Below, one piece after another: positions 27,001-36,469 of a DNA stretch of 64,000 nt (position 1 is the first letter of the stretch; each line of letters opens with the position of its first letter). A program made the position numbers and the translations under genes. The stretch is from NCBI GenBank assembly GCA_965223845.1, contig CBDCXR010000004.1:5952001-6016000 (forward strand). Direction: 5' to 3'. The DNA comes from Planctomycetota bacterium (lineage in GTDB: Bacteria > Planctomycetota > UBA8108 > SXIK01). The notes under the pieces were generated by a model. The model ran no database searches, was not told the origin of the DNA, and saw only the letters and a program-made list of their open reading frames with translations.

Positions 27001-28964
27001 CGCGTGCTGCTTCCGCCCTGCGCACGGATGCCGCAGTCGACCTGCGTGTGGCGGCCGTCCGGAAAGATGAATTCCGCGGAGACCGGGCGCTCCCAGCGCA
27101 CTCCCGCCTGACTCGGGTTCGCATAAAAGCCCGTCCGTGCGTCGAAGATGTTCGCCATGTCGGAGACGATGGAGAGCGTCGGCACGTTCTTGACCGCGTC
27201 CTCCGCCATCGTCGGATCCGATTCGATCACGTCCGGGTCGAGCTCGTAGTCCGCTTGCTGCGTCCCCCAGCGAATCGGGAAGCCTTCCGGGTCCCTCGTC
27301 TGGAGGAGAACCTCGCGCGGAAAAATGTAGCTGTGCGTGATCGTGCGCGAGGGGAGCAGATCGGCCGCGAGAGCGAGCGCGCGCACCGCTACGAGTCCGC
27401 GGCCGCCGGTCGGCGTGATTTCGGTCGGCCCCGAATAGAGATCGCTTTCGGCGGTGGGCTCGCTGCCGTCGGTCGTGAAGCGGATCTCGGCGCCCGCCGT
27501 CGCGCTCGCGAGCTCGAGCGTGAACGCTTCGGTGTAGACGCCACGCTCGACGCTGAACTCGGGGTCGGCGGTGAAGCCGGCGAACGGCATCGCGCCCGAG
27601 TTCGTCTCGCCGGGAGTCGGATCGGCGAAGTAAGCCGAATCGCCCTTGTCTGTCGCCCCGTACGAAAAATCGAAGCGCTGTTCGGGATACGCGGGAACCC
27701 AATCGACGAGATCGCGGGGAAACTCAGCGCTGTAGAGCGCGATCTCTTCTCCCTGAAGGCCGAGCTTGAAGCTCGCGTGGAGCGTACCGTCTTCCGATTG
27801 ACGGTCTTTTCCCGAGGCGAAGACGATGACGTGCTCATTCGGGCCGACGACGACGCTCGGGAACACCCACTTCGACGGGCGGCTCGTGTCGTCGGTGAGC
27901 GACCAGCCGATGAGATCGACCGCGACGGTGGATTCGTTTGCGATCTCGATCCAGTCCTCCTCGTCGCCGTCGTCGTCCTGAAGACCGGTCCCGTTCGCGG
28001 CGAGGAACTCGGTGATGACGAGATTGGGGAGCGGCGCGTCGGGATCGAAGTTCGCCGTCCAGCTTCCGCCCCCAAACGAATTTTGCGCCGGTGCGAGATC
28101 GACGATGCCGTGGTCGGCGCGCCACGAGAACTCGATCGGGCCGGGATCGGGCGTGCGAAAGAGAAACTCGTATTCCGTTCCGCCGCCGTTCAGGGCCAGC
28201 GCGGGAGTGCCTTCGATGAGGAGATCCTCCGCGTCGACTCCGGCGACCGGTTCATTGAAGACGACTTCGGCGCGCGTCAGCTTGCGCACCGTGCTGCCGC
28301 CGGCGGGCGTCGTGCGGACGATCTCGGGCGGGAGAAGATCCGGGCCGAACGGATCGAAGAGCTCGAGGTCGAACTTGAGGTCGCTGCTTCCGAGCGACAC
28401 GTTGAACATCTGTACCGCAACGACGTTTTCGCCGGTGACGAGAAAGTCCTTTGGGTTCTCCACCTCCATGTCCTCGATCGCCGTCGGCGAGTGACTTCGC
28501 TCGGCGGTTTCGTTAAAGGGGAGCTCGCCATCGGGAACGTTCGCGCGCAGGGCTTCCTTCCCGTTCAGCCACAGGATGAAACCGTCGTCGAACGTCACTC
28601 GCGCGTGAAACTCGACGAGCGCGTCCGCGTCGGGGACCGTGAACTTCCGCCGAAGAAAGAGTGTCGAATAGTTGCCGCGCATCGGCGGCTCGAGCTCGCT
28701 CAGATCCGTCGCGTAGGGCGGATTCCGTCCGTAGCCGAAGGGCGCGTCGCCAGTGCTCCATTCGGCGTCGCTGAACTCGCTCTTACGCCAAGCCGTTGCG
28801 TCGGGTGAAGACGCTTCGGCGAGGCCGGGGAGGTAGCGCCACTCGCTCTCGCCCGGGAGGAAGACGACCTCGGCGGAGTAAGACGGTGATGTGACGAAGA
28901 GGGCGACGACGGACCACACGAACGCCGCCGCGGTCCTGCGCGACCGACGCGAAGCTCTCACCAT
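24045..28964 (-). CDS. CotH kinase family protein with lamin-tail domains, chitobiase/FN3-associated domains and C-terminal dockerin (paralogue B)
   Basis: Same domain order as paralogue A; 'NTDWAHQNW', 'WDAEH', 'GDLSQDGRFSVTDPI'; start at ATG 28964. Confidence 0.88.
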   Translation of the reverse strand: MVRASRRSRRTAAAFVWSVVALFVTSPSYSAEVVFLPGESEWRYLPGLAEASSPDATAWRKSEFSDAEWSTGDAPFGYGRNPPYATDLSELEPPMRGNYSTLFLRRKFTVPDADALVEFHARVTFDDGFILWLNGKEALRANVPDGELPFNETAERSHSPTAIEDMEVENPKDFLVTGENVVAVQMFNVSLGSSDLKFDLELFDPFGPDLLPPEIVRTTPAGGSTVRKLTRAEVVFNEPVAGVDAEDLLIEGTPALALNGGGTEYEFLFRTPDPGPIEFSWRADHGIVDLAPAQNSFGGGSWTANFDPDAPLPNLVITEFLAANGTGLQDDDGDEEDWIEIANESTVAVDLIGWSLTDDTSRPSKWVFPSVVVGPNEHVIVFASGKDRQSEDGTLHASFKLGLQGEEIALYSAEFPRDLVDWVPAYPEQRFDFSYGATDKGDSAYFADPTPGETNSGAMPFAGFTADPEFSVERGVYTEAFTLELASATAGAEIRFTTDGSEPTAESDLYSGPTEITPTGGRGLVAVRALALAADLLPSRTITHSYIFPREVLLQTRDPEGFPIRWGTQQADYELDPDVIESDPTMAEDAVKNVPTLSIVSDMANIFDARTGFYANPSQAGVRWERPVSAEFIFPDGRHTQVDCGIRAQGGSSTRDWKSRKVSMRLLFKGDYGASKLEFPLYPDYDVDRFDTLVLDAGLNLTLNHPDHGQRIQSQYVRDQYISDLQIETGGHAPRGVFVNLYLNGVHWGLYGIHERADASWAAENRGGSKDEYDAMRHQSSNVVDGDARAYGELLARSRAVRGDNLDSFLAAAEIIDLPLFADYMIFNHWAGNTDWAHQNWYATRARDGGKWLFHNWDAEHVLKSPGENNLSRSDSGGPTEVFQSLMRNAEFKQIYADRVQRHVSPGGALYVDPEAPEWDPENPARNRAAEIYMRRIEEINSLILLEYARWGDNRRAQTYVRADWERELTRLLRTYFPVRTRTVLNQLRSRRFYPAIPAPELNAPGGEVEAGFQLTMSLPDDAVLPVHYTLDGSDPRVFGTNELSPSAMEYAGPIAIDDFTHVKARTLDGAEWSALREAIFTIEGSSPATLEITEIMYNSAAGDEYDFLEIHNPSERTIDLAELEFTSGIRLEFAAGDAIGPGEYLVLAENAEAFAELYPDVPVFAQYSGALDGGGEKVTIKDGSGATIVSVDYNDGNFWEIGADGFGYSLVLADPEMNPDDPRAWRASTNVGGSPGAVDPARSIGRIAINEVAPHQDLIELVNEGSTRVDLTGWFLSDDATSAESLLHYQISGSIAPGEILAVDIPVKAFDVSPLGGAVYLASADAGELTGFVTGLTYPGAPFERSFGQHETSSRLELALMTPSIGEENPLPAPPEIAINEIQYHPLDGEPEFIELFNPGRNVVDLAGWRIAGISSPIGDAFIFPAGAEISAGGYLVVVNVDPNDFDANGATVVGPFGGALDNQGERIRLLRPAAAGELPVVLVDAVRFNDREPWPLEADGTGATLERISAGRYGSEALSWAASMAIGGTPGAKNSASETGEGGLQLPGDLSQDGRFSVTDPILILGHLFRGSPAELPCEGGTINDEGNRMLIDVNGDASVNVADAVALLNYIFRDGASHVLGRECVQLPGCPDVCVR

Positions 28965-29364
28965 GATTCCCTTCCCCCGCGACCCGTGAGGTCGCGCCAT
29001 CCGCCGCCGAACGCGGCGATCAGATCGACTGGTTGCGAGACCGAACCTCGAGCGTTCCGCCGCGTGGCCGAACGCCGAGCACGCTTGGTGCATAGACGGG
29101 GCGGATCTCGATCTCGGACATCGCCCGCGATCGGGACTTGTTCAGCTCGACCGTCTGCGCACTTCGGCTCCCAATTGTATGGGCGGGAAAGCGGCCCCCG
29201 AAGGGAAATGGGGCCGGTGTACGCGGGTTTGGCGGGGGGGAGCGAAGCTTTCTGGCCTCGCTCCCCGGCGAGCGCCGCGATCACAGCCTGGTATGATCTC
29301 CGCAGTTGCCGCGACCTCGAAGCCTTCGGTCGCGGATTGCCGGCGGCGTCGAGCTACGAGTTCT

Positions 29365-29949
29365 ATGTTTCGCGATGAAGAGAACAAACTCGTGGGGAAC
29401 GCGGCCGAGAGCGAAGAGGCGGCGCGCGACGACGTAGAGACCGAGTCGTCGGGTGCGGCGCCGAACGTCGCGCATCCCGTGGTGTGGATCGCGCTCGGCG
29501 CGGTGATCGGATACGCCTTCGACCTCGTCACGCGTGTTCTCTTGTCCCCGGTCCTCGCGATCGCGTGGCTCGACAATACCATCGGTCCCGATGCCGCGAC
29601 CTTCCTCGGCGTCGTGATTTCTATCTTTCTTCTTCTCGTCTTTGCGTTTGCGTTCCTCCACGGACTCTTGTGTTTGGGGCGTCGCCGCGTCCAGGCAATT
29701 GGAGCTTGGATCTCCGGTCGCATCGCGGTTTGCGTCGTCGTCCTCGTAGTTCTGGGTCTCGCCCTACGGGGCGTTCGGTCGCTCATGGTCACGAGAATCC
29801 TTCGTCAGGCGAATTCGGATTCGTTCATCGCCTTGAGCGGCGTCCTTACGTGGATCGCCATGATTGGATATCCCGTCCTTCTGCTGATCGTTTTCACCAA
29901 GGTCTACCGCCGCCACTCCGAGCCCGACAGCGGATGGGAATCGGAGTGA
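29365..29949 (+). CDS. Hypothetical membrane protein (about 4 TM)
   Basis: Four hydrophobic segments after an acidic N-terminus; start uncertain. Confidence 0.6.
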   Translation: MFRDEENKLVGNAAESEEAARDDVETESSGAAPNVAHPVVWIALGAVIGYAFDLVTRVLLSPVLAIAWLDNTIGPDAATFLGVVISIFLLLVFAFAFLHGLLCLGRRRVQAIGAWISGRIAVCVVVLVVLGLALRGVRSLMVTRILRQANSDSFIALSGVLTWIAMIGYPVLLLIVFTKVYRRHSEPDSGWESE

Positions 29950-30063
29950 ACTTCACCCGGCTCCTCGGGATTCGACCGCGCGCGTTCGACTTCGAGAACG
30001 GCCGGGGAGTAGAATCCGGCCGGGGCGCGTTTTCGACGGCCGACCAGAGACGAGGAGGTTCCC

Positions 30064-33000
30064 GTGAGAACGACCGCGCTTCGAAGCTGGTGCATCGCAT
30101 CTGTCGTGATCGGTTCGATGGGATCGGCGTATCCACAGGACCCGATTCAGTGCTCGGGAAGCGGGACGCACCAATTGACGCTCGAAGGGAGTACCGACGG
30201 CTACTCGTTCTCGGAGGACTACCTCTACGTCTACGGGCCGACGAGTGCGGAGGTCATGATCGAAGTTCGCACGACGCTGGACATGCTCTCTGGTGTCAGC
30301 GCTCTCGATGGCTGGTCGTTCGCGGTCGAGCACGTCGAGAGCGATCCGACGTTCGGGCACTACGGCGGCGAGATATCGTTCACTCACGGGACGATCGACG
30401 GAACCGACACCGAGAACTTCGACAATCCAGCGCTCACCGAATCTCGCATCGGGTTCGATGGCTATACCCAAGGGGTCATGGTCGACGCGGGTGCCCAGCC
30501 CTCCGGTTCCAGCCTGTTCGTGTCGCGTGCGTGCTACAAGATCCGCATGCCGCAGGTGAGCGGAATGTACATTGTCGACCTCCAGTTCTCGAACGACGTC
30601 CCCGGATCCGAGTGTACCGTTGTTGAAAACGGCGCGGCGGTCGATCCATGCGTGAACGATTTACAATTGATTCTCTACGTCGGGTACGGAGGGAGTTACT
30701 GCGCACCGGGGTACGGTTGCTACTGCTCGCCGTACACGTCGACTCCCACTGGAGCGCCGATTCAGCTCCAGGCACCGGCCGTCCCGGTTTCTCCTCGGTT
30801 CGTCCGTGGAGACGCGAACGATAGTGGGCAGGTCGATCTCAGCGACGGCGTGTTTATTCTCCACTACCTGTACCTGGGCGACGACGCGCCCATCTGTGCG
30901 GACGCCGCAGACGCCGATGACAACGGCAACATCGGGATCACCGACCCCATCTACCTGTTCAACCACCTGTTTCTCGGCGGTCCGCCGTTCCCCGCGCCCC
31001 ATGCAGAATGCGGCTGCGACCTAACTCCCGATGAGGTCTCCTGTGCCGACGGGCACGCCCAGTGCGCGGATCCGTCTCCCGTGGTCACCTTTCCGGAGTC
31101 GATCGTCAGCGACCAGCCGTTCGAGATCGAGGTTTCCTTGGGTGAAGAAGAGCCCGAACCGGTTTTGGTGAGCGTTTCTGCTGTCCCGGTTGGATCACCG
31201 CTCAACGGAGAACTCAAAGGGACGACCAAGCGATGGGTCGAAGGCAGCGGACCCCACTTCCTCGCGAACCTGATCTACGGGCCAGTCGAATCGATCAAGC
31301 TTCAGGTGTCTTGGTGTGAAACGATGATCGAGTCCGATTCGATCCCGTGCGTCACGGCCGTCGAGCCAGACGACCGGGGACGAGCGGCGGAGAGCGGGGT
31401 GATCGACCCCGTGATGTTCCAATTCCGTGACGACGGCATGCTCGAATTCCGGAGCGGACAGTTCAAGTGGAAGATCGAGGATGCGAGTGCTGCCGACTGC
31501 GTCGACGTCGATGTGGAATGCGGAGTCAACGATGGGAGCTCGTGCGTACTCGAAGAGAATGAGGTGACGTTCAACAGCTCGTCTGTCACCGTGCCGCTGA
31601 GCGTATTAAATGGAGCCGACCTTGGAGTTTTGCACCGCGTGACGGGGCGGTTTTGCGATACGGGCTCCCAGGCAACCTACCCGATCATGCTCGGCGATTC
31701 GGTCGACCAGCTTGTCGTAACGCTGAAAACCGGTCGTGAGGGCGCCGTCTACACCGACGATCTCACGGAGTACTTCGGTAACGCCTACGAGAGTTTTGTC
31801 TGTCTACCCGAGGATCTCCCGCCGGGAGTCTCGCTGGTCGAATCGGGAGCGGACAGAGGCAAGCTCACCGGCACACCGGAACGTCCCGGGTACTACCGGA
31901 TGTCGATCTTCGGTGTCGATACAGATGGCGGCACTCACATCGCGCGGATCGCCGCCGCCCTCGCGGTATTTAGTCCTCGCGATGAGGAGATCGAGCCGGG
32001 ACAGGTGTTTGGCACTGCGGATCCTGGTCCGAATCTCGTGTCGCTCGAGATTCCGGATCCCAATGACCCTGCCGACGACCGCGGCAGTTTTGTCAATTCT
32101 TGGTCAGGAGTCGAGTGCGACACAAAGTTCCTTTTCTACTATCCGAGCGATATCGCTGATTCTCGGAGGCTGCCCGCTATTTGCTTTCTACATCTGTGTT
32201 GTCGAGTAGAGGGGTCATACGACGAATACCGTCAGGTTCTGGGTGGAGTCGCAGAGCAGGGCTTTATCGTTGTCAGTGTGAACAAAGAAAGCAACGGGCT
32301 CTGGTTCCCTGGTCATTGTAATCCTGGACAGGCGCAGTCATGCGAGGACTCCGGGATTCTCGCGCAGCTCGGGTATGGTCGAGCTTCGGGCTTTCAGGAA
32401 GCGGCTTGGACGCGGCTCGAAGAATTGAATCGTGATCCGAGCTCAGCCCTGTTTGGACGCGTCGATTCGGACAACGTGTTCTTTGCCGGTCATTCCCGCG
32501 GTGGAGCGACCACGTGGTTGAATTCGGTTTTCCTCGCCGATCGAATCCGGGGGATTATCCCGATCATGCCCACCGATCCGCGCCGAGAGGTTTGCCTTGT
32601 ACCGAATCACCTGCCACCGGATTGGTTCCCTCCGCTGCCGACCCTTGCGATCAGCGCAGAACGAGACGTCGATGCCACGTTCGCCCAGCCAGACGGAATG
32701 GTCGAAACGGCCCTCGAATCCGGAGGTGCCCGAACTCACGTGACACTCTACGGGGCGAAACACACCTACATGCTGGACGAACGAGTCGGCGAAAGCGAGC
32801 GTCCGTGTTTAAATGATGGAACCCCCTTGCTTGCGAATCGAGTCTCGATCTCACGCGAGGAGGAGCACAAGCGAATTCGCCATTGGATAGTCGCGTTTCT
32901 TAATCGACAAGCGCTCGGAGATCTCCGGCTTGAAGGGCAACTCTATTTGAACGAGCAGTCATTGAATCCGGACGCAGGAACGAGTCAGCACGCCGTGTAC

Positions 33001-33774
33001 GGTCGTCGCGATTTGTGTGTCGGTGAGACTTTGCTCGTTGATGATCATGAAAACGAAGATTCGGGCGAGAACCGGCTCGGCGGCTCCAACGTACTCGGGG
33101 GTTCGCTGGCATGCGACTGTCAACAGTGCGCGGCGTGTTCTGGGGAATCGGACAGCTACCACACCGGCGGAAACGGCAAGCATCTCGTACTTGCCTTTTC
33201 AGACGCGATGCTGGGGACTCACACGTGGGAGACGCCGCCGGGATCGTCTGAGGACGTCGAACGATTTCAATATCTAACGTTTCGGCTTCGACAATTCGAG
33301 ACCGGGTCGGGAAGACCCGATCCTGCGAACGACTTGCCGAATTGGGGACCCTACGGGATTGGGACGGTTCACTGGGACGACTGGATCAGTTCCTTCAAGA
33401 TCGTCCTCGTCGGCGGGCCTCCAGAAAACTCAGTGGGCTCGTTCGATCTCGTTCCCCATTTTCCTGTGCCCAATCCGTGCCAATTGACCGCGGCGTCGCA
33501 GAACTGCTTCGACGATCCAGATATGGACTGTCCGGATGCAAACTCGTGTCTCGACGGCGGTATCCCCGCAAATTGCGGAAGTGGGACTCAGCAGCGGTTC
33601 CACGGATTCTCGATTCCACTTATGGAGTTCGTCGGTGGGAATGACGACGACCCTTTGTTTGGTCTCAACGAGATCACGGCCGTACGTTTCGAGATCACGC
33701 CCAAAGATGACTCGGAATTTGCGCTATCCCTTGCCGACATGCGGATCGCAGTCGACGACGTTCGATTCGAGTGA
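30064..33774 (+). CDS. Secreted multidomain protein: cohesin-like, dockerin, Ig-like and chlorophyllase/cutinase-like alpha/beta hydrolase
   Basis: GGAGG RBS, signal peptide; 'FVRGDANDSGQVDLSD' dockerin; 'LPPGVSL...KLTGTP' putative Ig; 'GFIVVSVN', 'GHSRGG', 'AERD', 'GAKH' triad candidates. Confidence 0.82.
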   Translation: MRTTALRSWCIASVVIGSMGSAYPQDPIQCSGSGTHQLTLEGSTDGYSFSEDYLYVYGPTSAEVMIEVRTTLDMLSGVSALDGWSFAVEHVESDPTFGHYGGEISFTHGTIDGTDTENFDNPALTESRIGFDGYTQGVMVDAGAQPSGSSLFVSRACYKIRMPQVSGMYIVDLQFSNDVPGSECTVVENGAAVDPCVNDLQLILYVGYGGSYCAPGYGCYCSPYTSTPTGAPIQLQAPAVPVSPRFVRGDANDSGQVDLSDGVFILHYLYLGDDAPICADAADADDNGNIGITDPIYLFNHLFLGGPPFPAPHAECGCDLTPDEVSCADGHAQCADPSPVVTFPESIVSDQPFEIEVSLGEEEPEPVLVSVSAVPVGSPLNGELKGTTKRWVEGSGPHFLANLIYGPVESIKLQVSWCETMIESDSIPCVTAVEPDDRGRAAESGVIDPVMFQFRDDGMLEFRSGQFKWKIEDASAADCVDVDVECGVNDGSSCVLEENEVTFNSSSVTVPLSVLNGADLGVLHRVTGRFCDTGSQATYPIMLGDSVDQLVVTLKTGREGAVYTDDLTEYFGNAYESFVCLPEDLPPGVSLVESGADRGKLTGTPERPGYYRMSIFGVDTDGGTHIARIAAALAVFSPRDEEIEPGQVFGTADPGPNLVSLEIPDPNDPADDRGSFVNSWSGVECDTKFLFYYPSDIADSRRLPAICFLHLCCRVEGSYDEYRQVLGGVAEQGFIVVSVNKESNGLWFPGHCNPGQAQSCEDSGILAQLGYGRASGFQEAAWTRLEELNRDPSSALFGRVDSDNVFFAGHSRGGATTWLNSVFLADRIRGIIPIMPTDPRREVCLVPNHLPPDWFPPLPTLAISAERDVDATFAQPDGMVETALESGGARTHVTLYGAKHTYMLDERVGESERPCLNDGTPLLANRVSISREEEHKRIRHWIVAFLNRQALGDLRLEGQLYLNEQSLNPDAGTSQHAVYGRRDLCVGETLLVDDHENEDSGENRLGGSNVLGGSLACDCQQCAACSGESDSYHTGGNGKHLVLAFSDAMLGTHTWETPPGSSEDVERFQYLTFRLRQFETGSGRPDPANDLPNWGPYGIGTVHWDDWISSFKIVLVGGPPENSVGSFDLVPHFPVPNPCQLTAASQNCFDDPDMDCPDANSCLDGGIPANCGSGTQQRFHGFSIPLMEFVGGNDDDPLFGLNEITAVRFEITPKDDSEFALSLADMRIAVDDVRFE

Positions 33775-34069
33775 CGAAATCTCCTGCCCTTTCGCTTCGG
33801 GCGGCGTCGTGCCAGATCGTTTTCGAGATCCGAGGTCGACCGGGATCCCGGATGATCTCACCCGCCGCGGAACTTTCTTCCCGCCCCGGCCTTTACGCGG
33901 AGGGCAGCCTCGCCGAATCTGGTGAGGAACTGGGTTAGGCTCAACCATGGGTGCCTTGCGGATGGCGACCGGATGATCCGGCGCGACTCTGCCGAGGCAT
34001 CGCGATCACATCGCCTCGAGGGTCTCGCGTGGGGACGCGTCGGCGGTGGTGGAACGATAGGAGGCCAGG

Positions 34070-34738
34070 ATGGGACTTACTTTGGGGTTCAACGAACGGC
34101 GCGTGCTCGGGACCCTGATCGAAAAGGCGTTCACGACTCCGCAGCAGTGTCCGCTCACGCTCAACAGCCTCGTCAACGGCTGCAATCAGAAGAGCTGCCG
34201 CGATCCGATGTCGTACCTCGACGAGTCGGAGATCTTCGACGCGCTCGAGAACCTCCGCGAAGCGGGTTTCGCCGTCCTCGTTCGTTCGAGTGGATCGCAG
34301 GTCGATCGCTGGAAGCAGAAGGTCGGCGAGGCGCTCGAGCTCGAATCGCGCGAGGTCGCCGTTCTCGCCGAGCTTCTTCTTCGAGGACCGCAAACGGACG
34401 GCGAGATCCGCCAGCGCGCGAGTCGCATGGTGAAGATCGGGAGCCTCGACGACGTCGGCGAAGCGCTGAACGCGCTCGCGAGCCACGATCCCCCGCTCGC
34501 CGCCTGTCTCACTCCGGGGCGGAAGCGCGGCGTCAAGTACGGCCACACTCTCTATCCCGAGGGTGAGGCGCCCGAGATCGAGGAGAGTTCGGCCGAGACT
34601 CCCGCTGCGCCGCGACGGACGGCGGCAGCGTCGCCCGCCGTGGCCGAGAAGCTCGAAGCGCTCGAGGAAACGGTCGACGGCCTTCGGCGCGAGCTCGCGG
34701 AGCTCACGGAGCGCGTCGCGCGCCTCGAAGGCGGGTAA
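34070..34738 (+). CDS. DUF480 (YceH-like) protein
   Basis: 'ERRVLGTLIEK..TTP..PLTLNSL..GCNQKS.RDP', 'LLLRGPQT.GE', C-terminal coiled coil; GGAGG RBS. Confidence 0.9.
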   Translation: MGLTLGFNERRVLGTLIEKAFTTPQQCPLTLNSLVNGCNQKSCRDPMSYLDESEIFDALENLREAGFAVLVRSSGSQVDRWKQKVGEALELESREVAVLAELLLRGPQTDGEIRQRASRMVKIGSLDDVGEALNALASHDPPLAACLTPGRKRGVKYGHTLYPEGEAPEIEESSAETPAAPRRTAAASPAVAEKLEALEETVDGLRRELAELTERVARLEGG

Positions 34739-34763
34739 GCGATCACGCGCGATCCGATGCGAG

Positions 34764-35579
34764 TCACGCTGCGTGGATCTCACGCCGCGAAAATATCCAC
34801 GCGCCGATCGCGGTGAAGCCGGCTCCGCAGCCGGTGAGTGCCGCGAAATGTCCCCACGGCCATTCGCCGCCGTGGAGGACGTAGACCGGACGGTAGTAGC
34901 TGAGAAAGCTGAGGAACCCGAGCCGCGACGCCGGTTCCCACATCTCCGCGAGGAAGCTGATCAGAAACGAGCCGACGATCGCGACGAGCACGACACCCAT
35001 CACCTTGACGCGCTGGTTCGAGACGGCCGAGCACGCGACCGTGAGACCTGCCACCGCCCCGAGGACGAAGAAGAGGTTCATCGCGACGCCCGCGATGGTG
35101 CCGAGCGGCGGAAGGTCGTTCCCCGAGAGCGCGACGCCGGCGAGAAAACCACCGGCGGTGCACGCGACGAGGAGCGCCGCCGACCCGCACCAAACGATGA
35201 GCTCCGCAAGAAGAATCATCGCGCGGGACGCTGGAAGCGTAAGGAGAAGATCCGCGGTACCGCGGTCGACCTCTCCGGCGGGAACGCGCGACAGCTGGAT
35301 CGCGACGTGCGCGAATGAAAGCGTGAGCACGATCGGATGCGCCCACGGGAGAACCAGGAGAAGATCGACGCCGTCGTCCGCGGCGATGTTGACTCCCATG
35401 AGCGCACTCATCAGCGCGCGGACAAACGGGATCTTTGTGATCGTCGCAACGATCGAATCGTCTTGGAAGAAGGGGAGCACGTAGGTCAGGAGAAGCTCGA
35501 CGCCGATGAGGCCGGCGCCGAGGAGGAGTGTCGTCCGCCAGGTTTCTCGGACGGCTTTTTCGACGAGCCCGCGGAGCAT
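34764..35579 (-). CDS. ABC-2 type transporter permease
   Basis: Multiple TM segments; 'AGEVDRGTADLLLTLPASR' motif; ATG overlaps the ATPase stop. Confidence 0.88.
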   Translation of the reverse strand: MLRGLVEKAVRETWRTTLLLGAGLIGVELLLTYVLPFFQDDSIVATITKIPFVRALMSALMGVNIAADDGVDLLLVLPWAHPIVLTLSFAHVAIQLSRVPAGEVDRGTADLLLTLPASRAMILLAELIVWCGSAALLVACTAGGFLAGVALSGNDLPPLGTIAGVAMNLFFVLGAVAGLTVACSAVSNQRVKVMGVVLVAIVGSFLISFLAEMWEPASRLGFLSFLSYYRPVYVLHGGEWPWGHFAALTGCGAGFTAIGAWIFSRREIHAA

Positions 35580-36469
35580 CAGCGGTAGTACTCCTGAAAG
35601 ACGGTCTCTAGATCCGGCGGCGAGATCGACACGTCGCCGATCGCGCCTCGGTCGACACTCCGGATCCACTCGAGGAGGGCGGACGCGTCGCCGTGGAACG
35701 CGAGGCGCCACACGGATTCCCGTCGTGAGGTGACCTCGACGCTCGGCGGAAGGGAGTCGTCATCCGCCGTTGACTCGCCCCGCCACGTGACGACCGCCTC
35801 GCGCCGCGCGCGCGTGCGGAGTTCTTCGATCGTCGACTCGGCGACCGTGCGCCCTTCCTTGAGGATCACGACGCGCTCGCACACGCGTTCGACCTCGCTC
35901 AGGGTGTGGCTGGAGAAGAGCACGGTCGCGCCGGCGTCGGCTCGCTCTCGAAGAAGTGCCTTCAGCGCTTCCTGAACGAGGGGATCGAGACCCGACGTCG
36001 GCTCATCCAGAATGAGAAGCCGCGGCGAGTGAGCGAGGGCAAGCACGAGCCCGAGCTTCTGCCGCGTGCCGCGCGACATCCGTCCGGCCGGAAGCGTAGG
36101 GTCGAGGCCAAGCCGCTCGGCGAGCGAAAGCCCGACCGAGCGAAGGTCGCGCCCGCGGATCCGGCCGAACATTCCGAGAGCGACCTCGGCGGACAGCCGC
36201 GGATAGAGGCGCAAATCACCGGGGAGATAGCCGATCTCGTTTCGGACCCCGGGGCCGTGTTCCTTCGCGCGACGACCAAAGAGTCGCACGTCGCCCGACG
36301 ACGCCTTGAGGAGCCCGAGAACCACCCGAAGCGCGGTCGTCTTCCCCGCACCGTTCGGCCCGAGAAACCCGACGATCTCCCCTTCGCCGAGCGAAATCGA
36401 CAAGCCGTCGAGCGCGAGGTGGCGGCCGTAGTACTTCGTTAGGTTTTGTGTCTCGAGAAGGAGATTCAC
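35579..36469 (-). CDS. ABC-2 type transporter ATP-binding protein
   Basis: GPNGAGKTT, 'MSRGTRQKLG', ILDEPTSGLDP, SSH. Confidence 0.92.
   Translation of the reverse strand: MNLLLETQNLTKYYGRHLALDGLSISLGEGEIVGFLGPNGAGKTTALRVVLGLLKASSGDVRLFGRRAKEHGPGVRNEIGYLPGDLRLYPRLSAEVALGMFGRIRGRDLRSVGLSLAERLGLDPTLPAGRMSRGTRQKLGLVLALAHSPRLLILDEPTSGLDPLVQEALKALLRERADAGATVLFSSHTLSEVERVCERVVILKEGRTVAESTIEELRTRARREAVVTWRGESTADDDSLPPSVEVTSRRESVWRLAFHGDASALLEWIRSVDRGAIGDVSISPPDLETVFQEYYR

Noticed and set aside
2736-33774. True cellulosome
   Set aside because: No glycoside hydrolase domains or multi-cohesin scaffoldin were recognised.
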